The position numbers were made by a program, and so were the translations under genes. Source: an uncultured Pseudomonadota bacterium (GTDB taxonomy: Bacteria; SAR324; NAC60-12). Taken from it: a stretch of DNA of 35,778 nt. The DNA is taken from assembly GCA_913056375.1 (NCBI GenBank), contig CAJXNF010000002.1, forward strand, positions 1-35,778. The letters run 5' to 3'. Each line of letters begins with the position of its first letter. The stretch's first letter is position 1. Positions 28,957 to 35,778 of this stretch are shown one piece after another. The notes under the pieces were generated by a model. It had not been told where the DNA came from and ran no database searches. It saw only the letters and a program-made list of their open reading frames with translations.

Positions 28957-29436
28957 TCAGAGCAGCGCTTCCAGAGCCTGGATCAGTTCTGGATCGCTTG
29001 GTGTTGTTCTTGGGGAAAAGCGTTGCTTTACCTCGCCTTCTTGGCTCACTAGGAATTTCTCGAAGTTCCAGGTGATCTTTCCTGGAAATGCAGCGGTTGG
29101 CCCGGTCAGAAGCGCATAGAGTGGGTGTTGGTTTGTTCCATTGACCTCTAGCTTGGCAAAGATGGGAAACGTCACTCCGTAGTTGAGATCGCAAAACTGT
29201 CGGATTTCCTGGGCAGTTCCTGGTTCTTGCTGTCCAAACTGATTGCAAGGGAAGCCCATCACGCTGAATCCCTGCTCTTGATAGCGCTGGTGCAGTTCCT
29301 CTAGATCTTTATACTGCGGGGTCAGCCCGCAGCGACTCGCCACATTGACCAGCAGCAAAACCTTGCCGGCGTAGTCTGAGAGAGAGCGTTCGTTACCTTC
29401 TAGATCAGTAAGTTGTAGTGCGTGGAGTTCGGACAT
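28957..29436 (-). CDS. gpx: Glutathione peroxidase (Cys-type, BtuE-like)
   Basis: LLVNVASRCGLTPQY (peroxidatic Cys, codon TGC), GFPCNQFGQQEPG, and WNFEKFLV are the three GPx signatures. Confidence 0.93.
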   Translation of the reverse strand: MSELHALQLTDLEGNERSLSDYAGKVLLLVNVASRCGLTPQYKDLEELHQRYQEQGFSVMGFPCNQFGQQEPGTAQEIRQFCDLNYGVTFPIFAKLEVNGTNQHPLYALLTGPTAAFPGKITWNFEKFLVSQEGEVKQRFSPRTTPSDPELIQALEALL

Positions 29437-29701
29437 TTGTAGTTCCTTCAGGAAAAAGGCAAATCAGTTTGAAGGTTGGTTTACCAACACGTTCTTCTAT
29501 TTTGCGATAAGCGTTGAGCAGAGGCAACTCTTGGGATGCAGAAGACCAATGATTTTTTCAATTGGTCAGTATGGTAAGCCTTCGCCAATCAAATCAGTGA
29601 TTGAAAGTGGATTTGGTGAAGCTTGCTTGCAACTGCGGGGTAACTTCGTAAGCTGAATGTTCTTCACAAACCTTTGATTCACCTCATGCTGTGGTTCATC
29701 C

Positions 29702-30112
29702 ATGCTCTATCATACGATGGTCGCCGTTCACGTGACCGCTGTTTGTCTTGTTGTTGGAACGCTGTTCGTACAGTCCCTCGCGGTAGTTTTTCGTTTTCGA
29801 ATGACTGAAGATGCCCAGATTGCCGGAGCCCAGTGGATTCAGCATCGAATCTACAAGTTCATCTACTACCCAATCCTGGGGATTGCCGTGGCAACGGGTC
29901 TATACCTGGCAACGATCACAGGAGCCTTCAGCAATGGGCTCTGGTTGCACTACAAACTGGTTGGCCTGTTACTGCTGATTGTTTTCGGATTCCTGAATGG
30001 AATGCAGATTCTCAAACGTGACCTACCTAAGCCAATGGCAATGTTTGTCCACATTGGCATCTTCTGTACATCCGTCTTCATGATCTACATGGCTTCTGCC
30101 AAGCCATTCTGA
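29702..30112 (+). CDS. Small 4-TM membrane protein, HemJ/SirB2-like topology (family uncertain)
   Basis: 136 aa with four hydrophobic helices. GLWLHYKLVGLLLLIVFGFLNG resembles the WL..K....L motif of SirB2/HemJ-type proteins, and the sequence ends KPF as HemJ does. It lacks the HemJ LPRLFVY motif. Confidence 0.5.
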   Translation: MLYHTMVAVHVTAVCLVVGTLFVQSLAVVFRFRMTEDAQIAGAQWIQHRIYKFIYYPILGIAVATGLYLATITGAFSNGLWLHYKLVGLLLLIVFGFLNGMQILKRDLPKPMAMFVHIGIFCTSVFMIYMASAKPF

Positions 30113-30157
30113 TGAGATGACTCTAATCTCTGGGTCAACGATGCTGCTGGGGTTCCT

Positions 30158-31402
30158 TTGCTAACGCGGGACTTGCTGCGATTCCGTAGTCGTAAGGGAA
30201 GAATCTATCCTCAATTTTTGGATCCAGATGATGCTTCTTTGCAGAGAGCCGCGGAAGCCCTTGTAGAAGTTTTTCGGCAGGCTTCCGCAGCCGGTTCGAC
30301 GCGTCAAGAACTCACCGAAGAAACCTCACTCCAATTACAAAGCCAGCAACTCGATAATCCAATTGGACGTGGATTGGAAAAGCTGCTGCTGGATCGATCC
30401 GAATTTGACACTGGGGACCCAGCGGAACAGCAACGTTTCCGAGAGTCAATCTTCATTCAGGCGCGTCAAGCTTTGCGTGAAGAAGCCAAAGCCTTGAATC
30501 CCAGTCTTCAAGAGTTTTGGAAACGTGTCGAGGTTCTGCAAAGTCAGCCAGTTGCACAGATTCAGGAAGCCCTTTACGCAGACCTACCGGCTCAGCAGCG
30601 CTTATTGCAATTCTCACCCATTGGAGCAGAGGCTCTACTCCATCGCTACAACTGTGCACAGGTACAAGGGCTCCTGCTGAATTCAGAGGCTCTGGAACTG
30701 CGCTTGGAACACCCAGAACCTGGACCGTTGCGCCAGCTGTGCAAGTACCTACGCTTTCACCAATTGCTGGCCCAGATCACAACAGATGAACAGGGCATCT
30801 TTCAGCTTCGGATCGATGGTCCACTGAGCCTATTCTACAAAACTCAGAAGTACGGGCTGCAATTGGCCAATTTCTTCCCCGCAATCCTGCAACAGAAGAA
30901 CTGGCAGTTACGAGCTACGGTCTGCTTCCGACAGAAACCACCACTTCAGTTGCAACTGGATCCAAGTTGTGGAATCCGTTCGCACTACCAACAATTCCAC
31001 GATTATGTGCCTCCAGAATTTCAACAGATTGGTGACCGCTTAAAGGAGCGTCTACCAGAGTGGCAGTTGGAGCTTGCCGGTAGCTTTGTGCCGTTGCCAG
31101 GAGATCGCTACTGCTTTCCAGATTTTGTCCTGCAGCATCAGACAGGAGCTTCGGTTGCTCTTGAACTCTTTCATGGTTGGCACGCAGGTCCGCTTAGACA
31201 GCGACTACAGCAACTGGAGGAGGTTCAAGGGGTTCCCTTATTGTTAGGCGTCAGCAATAGCCTCTCGAAGAATCCGGAGCTCGGTGTTGCCTTGGAGAAT
31301 TCCAGTTACTTCAAGACCTTTGGTTTTTCCTTCCGAGAGCTGCCAACTGTCGATAAGCTCACCCAAGTCTTGCAATCCTGGTGGGCTGCAACTCAACGGT
31401 AG
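30158..31402 (+). CDS. DUF790 family protein (Bax1-like PD-(D/E)xK-fold endonuclease)
   Basis: The N-terminus MLTRDLLRFRSRKGRIYPQFLDPDD matches the characteristic DUF790 start. The C-terminal YCFPDFVLQH...VALELFHGWH fits the family nuclease core (PDF....E.vGfW). ~414 aa, TTG start. Confidence 0.65.
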   Translation: MLTRDLLRFRSRKGRIYPQFLDPDDASLQRAAEALVEVFRQASAAGSTRQELTEETSLQLQSQQLDNPIGRGLEKLLLDRSEFDTGDPAEQQRFRESIFIQARQALREEAKALNPSLQEFWKRVEVLQSQPVAQIQEALYADLPAQQRLLQFSPIGAEALLHRYNCAQVQGLLLNSEALELRLEHPEPGPLRQLCKYLRFHQLLAQITTDEQGIFQLRIDGPLSLFYKTQKYGLQLANFFPAILQQKNWQLRATVCFRQKPPLQLQLDPSCGIRSHYQQFHDYVPPEFQQIGDRLKERLPEWQLELAGSFVPLPGDRYCFPDFVLQHQTGASVALELFHGWHAGPLRQRLQQLEEVQGVPLLLGVSNSLSKNPELGVALENSSYFKTFGFSFRELPTVDKLTQVLQSWWAATQR

Positions 31403-31435
31403 GCAACAAGCCCTCTTTCTCTGTCAGGAAGTAGT

Positions 31436-31870
31436 TCAGGGCTGATAGATTCGACCAACCGGACTGACTCGTACTTGGCGTGTCCAATCCTCCAGCTGTA
31501 GGGTCAAGGTCCCTCCGACCGCAAAGCCACTAGCACTGAAAGACGGCCAGCGAGTGGCCGTAACCGATACGCCTTCCGGTAGTACTTCCCAAAGTTGCTC
31601 TGCTTGCCATCGAGAGGATTGTTTGCTCTCCAACCAGACTTCCTGCTGCTCCAGTTGTACACGATAGGAACGCAGGTTCCGCAGAGCTCGAATTTGTGCT
31701 TCTTCAAGAGCGCTCTGCAGATAACTGGTAGCGGTATCAAGGTGGGATTGGGCAACAAGTGGGGAAAGGGAAACGATGCCAAGACCAAGAAGGATACCCA
31801 GCAACGCTAACGCCAGCAGCAGTTCAATCAGGGTGAATCCTGCTCGCTCAGTAGGCGTTCGGATCAACAA
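31436..31870 (-). CDS. Prepilin-type N-terminal cleavage/methylation protein, GspH/FimT-like minor pseudopilin
   Basis: AG-FTLIELLLALALLGILLGLGIV is the class III signal (G|FTLIE). A TTG start at 31870 or 31867 gives a ~10-aa leader. The C-terminal pattern TLTLQ....RQVRVSPVGRI is typical of GspH/FimT. The 5' end overlaps the upstream sugar-transferase gene by ~20 nt. Confidence 0.75.
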   Translation of the reverse strand: MLIRTPTERAGFTLIELLLALALLGILLGLGIVSLSPLVAQSHLDTATSYLQSALEEAQIRALRNLRSYRVQLEQQEVWLESKQSSRWQAEQLWEVLPEGVSVTATRWPSFSASGFAVGGTLTLQLEDWTRQVRVSPVGRIYQP

Positions 31871-33245
31871 AGCCCTTGAAGATGGTGAGGAAGAGAATCT
31901 TGATGTCAAACCAGAGTGACCATCGCTCGATGTAGTAGAGATCGAATTCGATGCGTTTTTCCAGGGAAGTGTTGCCGCGCCAGCCATTGATCTGTGCCCA
32001 GCCAGTAATGCCAGCCTTGACCTTGTGCCGCAGCATGTAGTCTGGGATCTGTTTTTTAAACTGCTCAATGAAGATCGGCCTCTCTGGACGGGGACCAACC
32101 AGGCTCATCTCGCCTCGCAATACATTGAAGAGCTGGGGTAGTTCATCAAGACTGACTTTGCGGATGAACCGTCCGATGGGAGTGCATCGATCGTCATCCT
32201 TACTGGCCCAGACGGCTCCGGTACGTTGCTCGGCGTCCAAGCGCATCGAACGGAATTTCAAGGCATTGAAGGTTCGGCCATCCAGGCCCATTCGTTCCTG
32301 ACGATAGAAGATGGGGCCGGGTGAACTCAGACGGACTAGCCCAGCGATCAGCAACATGATGGGCCCAAAAATCAGTAGCGCAGCAGCGGCTCCTACCATA
32401 TCCAGTCCACGCTTGAGCAGTCGGTTCCAACCAAATAGAGGACTGCGTACAATGGTCACGACCGGCATCCCCTCAAAATTTTCTATCTCGGTGTGCAATG
32501 TGCGAAAGCTACCAAGGTTGGGGACAATGTGCAGATCCACCCAGAGTTCGGCAAACTGTTCTTTCAGTTGAGGTAGGTGCGTTTGCTCTGTAGGCGAGAG
32601 AGCGAGAAAGACTTGATCAATCTCCTGTCGCTGAATACGGTGCACCAGTTCATCTAGGTCATTGAACTGTGGCAGGCTGGTGTGTAAGCTTGTTCCAGAT
32701 TGCAGACTGAGTACTCCCTTCAGGAGGATTCCAGTTCGTTGATAACCAGCCAGTCGTTGGGCAAAGTTCAGGGCGGTCTCCCCCGAGCCAATCACAGCAA
32801 TTTTCTGGAGGTGGTAGCCGTGCCGATGCAGCCACTTCATGCCCTTGCGAGCCAGGTAACGCGAGAGCACCAGCAGGAGGAGCAGGAATACCAGGAAATA
32901 GAGCGTATGTACGCGAGAGTAGGAGAATTCCCGGTAGTAGAAGGCAACTCCGACCAAAGCGAGAAACAAATATAACCCTCCACGAAGCAGGTAGAGGAAA
33001 TCCTGACGAGGACGGATGAAGGACTGGGGGCGATAGACGTTAGCTAGCGAAAAGGTGAGTGCCGTCAATAGGGCTGCCGCAAAGGCCGCCTTGAGGTATT
33101 CGACATGATCCGGAATGTAGTCAGCACTGGGCCAGTTCAGCCAGAAAAAACGAGCTCGGTAGGCAAACTCCCAGGCCAGAAAAGCCAGCACGACATCCAG
33201 TCCTCGCAGGGCCCCAAGTAGGACCTGATTGTGAGTTTTCAGCAC
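31848..33245 (-). CDS. Polyprenyl-phosphate hexose-1-phosphate transferase (WcaJ/EPS initiating bacterial sugar transferase)
   Basis: N-terminal TM bundle, central Rossmann-like IAVIGSGE, and a C-terminal catalytic domain (LDELPQLFNVLRGEMSLVGPRPERP...GITGWAQING). GTG start. Confidence 0.88.
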   Translation of the reverse strand: MLKTHNQVLLGALRGLDVVLAFLAWEFAYRARFFWLNWPSADYIPDHVEYLKAAFAAALLTALTFSLANVYRPQSFIRPRQDFLYLLRGGLYLFLALVGVAFYYREFSYSRVHTLYFLVFLLLLLVLSRYLARKGMKWLHRHGYHLQKIAVIGSGETALNFAQRLAGYQRTGILLKGVLSLQSGTSLHTSLPQFNDLDELVHRIQRQEIDQVFLALSPTEQTHLPQLKEQFAELWVDLHIVPNLGSFRTLHTEIENFEGMPVVTIVRSPLFGWNRLLKRGLDMVGAAAALLIFGPIMLLIAGLVRLSSPGPIFYRQERMGLDGRTFNALKFRSMRLDAEQRTGAVWASKDDDRCTPIGRFIRKVSLDELPQLFNVLRGEMSLVGPRPERPIFIEQFKKQIPDYMLRHKVKAGITGWAQINGWRGNTSLEKRIEFDLYYIERWSLWFDIKILFLTIFKGFVDPNAY

Positions 33246-33276
33246 AGACGTAACTTGAAATAACAGGAATGAGTAA

Positions 33277-34326
33277 ATGAAGACGGCCGACTTCCATCCG
33301 GCACGAGTTCAGACATTGGTCTTTGATCTTGATAGTCTGACAGGTGAATTCAGTCAGGAACAGTGGGAAAATTTTCGTGAACTCCTACGAGTGCTGCAGG
33401 AACGTGATTTTCACTTGGTGTTACTGGGAGAAGAAATCTCTCCCAACGACTGGCAGCAATTCTCAGGAATCTCCATTGTTTCTGGGTCTCCCGAAAGCAG
33501 TGGCCGTCGCAATCCTCAATTGGGCCAAGCCGATCATTTCTGGGTCACGGATCGCTCCAATCTTCACGCTTGGTTACAGGATCAGTCTGCTCATTTCGCT
33601 AGTCGTCAACCGGTCCTTGTTCCCAACGGGTTCTATTGTCCTCGTATTGAAGACTTACTGCAAATTTTTCATCCCAGCCGCAACACGACTCTAGAGATAG
33701 CGGAACAACTGCTGAAAAGCAAACAGGAGGCCCCCAGTAAGCCACTACTGGTTGGCATTGGTGGCCCTGATGACTGTGGACATGCATATTTTGTGGGAGA
33801 ATTGCTGGAGGCTCTGGAAGAACAGGGGGTATTGGTTGGCGGTTTTGATTTGCTGGAGTTGCTGAGCCCTGAGCACAAGAATTCAGCGGCAGCCGATTAT
33901 TGGAGAGCGCCTCAGGAACGAGACTGGATTCTCGATACACTGCTGCGTCCTTATGCCGCTGGGGAGACTGTGACTGTAATTAATGAACCAGATTTTCTGC
34001 AAGGCTGCGAAACCTCATCGTACCCGCTGTTTTGGGCCCCAGAGATGGTGGTATTGCTCTGGGGAACAACAATCTTTGTACCTGGAATACAGGAACTACT
34101 GGACACAAAGATCGTACTGGATCTCACTCCCAAGGCGGCAGCGGCGCGATTATTCGAACTGGATGAGCGCAGTGATTTCAATCCAGATTTCGTGGAGACC
34201 TATCTCAAGGGGGAAGGAAGACTCTATGGTGAATATCTGGAAGTCAATCAAATCCATCAGCAAGCAGACTTTCTCGTACAGTTCGATAATTTCCATGCAT
34301 TCAAATTGAAGAGTGGCTCCAAGTAG
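33277..34326 (+). CDS. Hypothetical two-domain protein: N-terminal HAD-like segment plus C-terminal uridine kinase/PRK-like fold with degenerate Walker A
   Basis: VFDLDSLTG (DxD-like). LLVGIGGPDDCGHAYF sits where uridine kinase has IIGIAGxSxSGKST. VVLLWGTTIF...IVLDLTPKAAAARL and ADFLVQ parallel the VIILEGILLL...IFVDTPLDICLMRR and ADIIVP blocks of Udk. Confidence 0.45.
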   Translation: MKTADFHPARVQTLVFDLDSLTGEFSQEQWENFRELLRVLQERDFHLVLLGEEISPNDWQQFSGISIVSGSPESSGRRNPQLGQADHFWVTDRSNLHAWLQDQSAHFASRQPVLVPNGFYCPRIEDLLQIFHPSRNTTLEIAEQLLKSKQEAPSKPLLVGIGGPDDCGHAYFVGELLEALEEQGVLVGGFDLLELLSPEHKNSAAADYWRAPQERDWILDTLLRPYAAGETVTVINEPDFLQGCETSSYPLFWAPEMVVLLWGTTIFVPGIQELLDTKIVLDLTPKAAAARLFELDERSDFNPDFVETYLKGEGRLYGEYLEVNQIHQQADFLVQFDNFHAFKLKSGSK

Positions 34327-34428
34327 TTGTGATTGCACGAGTTAAAACACCATTTTACAAGAATGAAGGATGGCAAATAGGCAGGGTATGAATCTATTGG
34401 ATTTTAACCGGTGCAGGAGGAGAGAACG

Positions 34429-34743
34429 ATGATTCTGACAGTGTTTCGCTCAAGATTGCGCCCAGAAGCTCAAGCAGAGTACGGAGAATTGGCCCCACAG
34501 ATGTCAAAGTTGGCAAGGTCGATGCCGGGTTACAAATCCCACAAGGTCTTTGTTGCTGAGGATGGGGAGCGACTAACGCTGGTTGAATTTGAAGACGATG
34601 CTACCCAATTTGATTGGGCCAGTCATCCAGAGCATCGTGCTGCCCAAAAGCGTGGACGATCTGCTTTTTACAGTGAATACTCATTGCAAATTTGCGAAGT
34701 GAAACGAGAATCTCGATTTTCTACAAGCGAGGAAAATCGCTGA
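34429..34743 (+). CDS. Antibiotic biosynthesis monooxygenase (ABM, ferredoxin-like) domain protein
   Basis: MILTVFRSRLRPEAQAEY...GYKSHKVFVAEDGERLTLVEFEDDATQFDWASHPEH is a typical ABM layout. The ATG at 34429 has a GGAGGAG Shine-Dalgarno; the track GTG 34411 would contain that SD. Confidence 0.75.
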   Translation: MILTVFRSRLRPEAQAEYGELAPQMSKLARSMPGYKSHKVFVAEDGERLTLVEFEDDATQFDWASHPEHRAAQKRGRSAFYSEYSLQICEVKRESRFSTSEENR

Positions 34744-34785
34744 AACAGTAAGATTTCAGGCTGGTAGAGCAGCTAGTTGGGAAGG

Positions 34786-34815
34786 ACGGCCTGCCGAGCA
34801 AGCCCGACAGGCCGT
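34786..34815. terminator. Hairpin between the convergent ABM gene and katG (bidirectional terminator candidate)
   Basis: ACGGCCTG (34786..34793) and CAGGCCGT (34808..34815) form a perfect 8-bp GC-rich stem with a 14-nt loop. A second GGGATC/GATCCC stem lies at 34824..34854. Confidence 0.55.
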
Positions 34816-34863
34816 GTAGAGATGGGATCAATCAACACAAGGTTGACCGATCCCTCAGCAGGA

Positions 34864-35778
<915 letters not shown>

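Noticed and set aside
29329-29331. Possible selenocysteine (TGA recoding) in glutathione peroxidase
   Set aside because: The active-site codon is TGC (Cys) and the frame has no in-frame TGA. This is an ordinary Cys-type GPx.
31871-32098. N-terminal 76-aa extension of the pseudopilin ORF (track ORF 31436..32098)
   Set aside because: The extension overlaps the conserved catalytic C-terminus of the sugar transferase in another frame. Prepilin leaders are short, and a TTG at 31867/31870 gives a normal ~10-aa leader before G|FTLIE.

Overview
Bacterial chromosomal window, roughly 50% GC by eye. A near-contiguous translation supercluster on the + strand (5.9-22.1 kb) dominates it: rpsL-rpsG-fusA-tuf, rpsJ-rplD-rplW-rplB-rpsS-rplV-rpsC-rplP-rpmC-rpsQ, rplN-rplX-rplE-rpsN-rpsH-rplF-rplR-rpsE-rpmD-rplO-secY, rpsM-rpsK-rpoA-rplQ. 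It is followed by rimO, yebC and ruvC. Left flank: the 3' part of sthA, then a ~2 kb AT-rich, gene-poor segment (917-2997). That segment holds one RRM-type RNA-binding protein gene, a tyrosine-recombinase 3' remnant and a pair of imperfect 34-bp direct repeats. rarD, a SPOR-like membrane protein and serC follow. Right flank (24.8-35.8 kb) looks accessory. It carries a DtxR/MntR-family regulator, a FemAB-like (DUF482) protein, and a type III polyketide synthase preceded by an unrecognisable small acidic protein. Next come glutathione peroxidase plus an unknown exported protein, then a small 4-TM protein plus a DUF790/Bax1-like nuclease with no helicase partner. After these are a lone GspH/FimT-like pseudopilin overlapping a polyprenyl-phosphate sugar transferase, a HAD-like/uridine-kinase-like protein with a degenerate Walker A, an ABM-fold protein, and a visibly GC-richer partial katG. 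Main oddities: rplC (L3) is absent from between rpsJ and rplD; adk, map, infA, rpmJ and rpsD are absent from the spc/alpha junction; the str-operon EF-G has non-canonical domain IV tip loops. I saw no rRNA, tRNA, CRISPR array or intact IS, and no complete known defence system. The best candidates for something undescribed are the 4-TM + DUF790 pair and the small-protein + type III PKS pair; both are hypotheses only. Several genes appear to use GTG/TTG starts. All family assignments come from reading the translations, not from searches.
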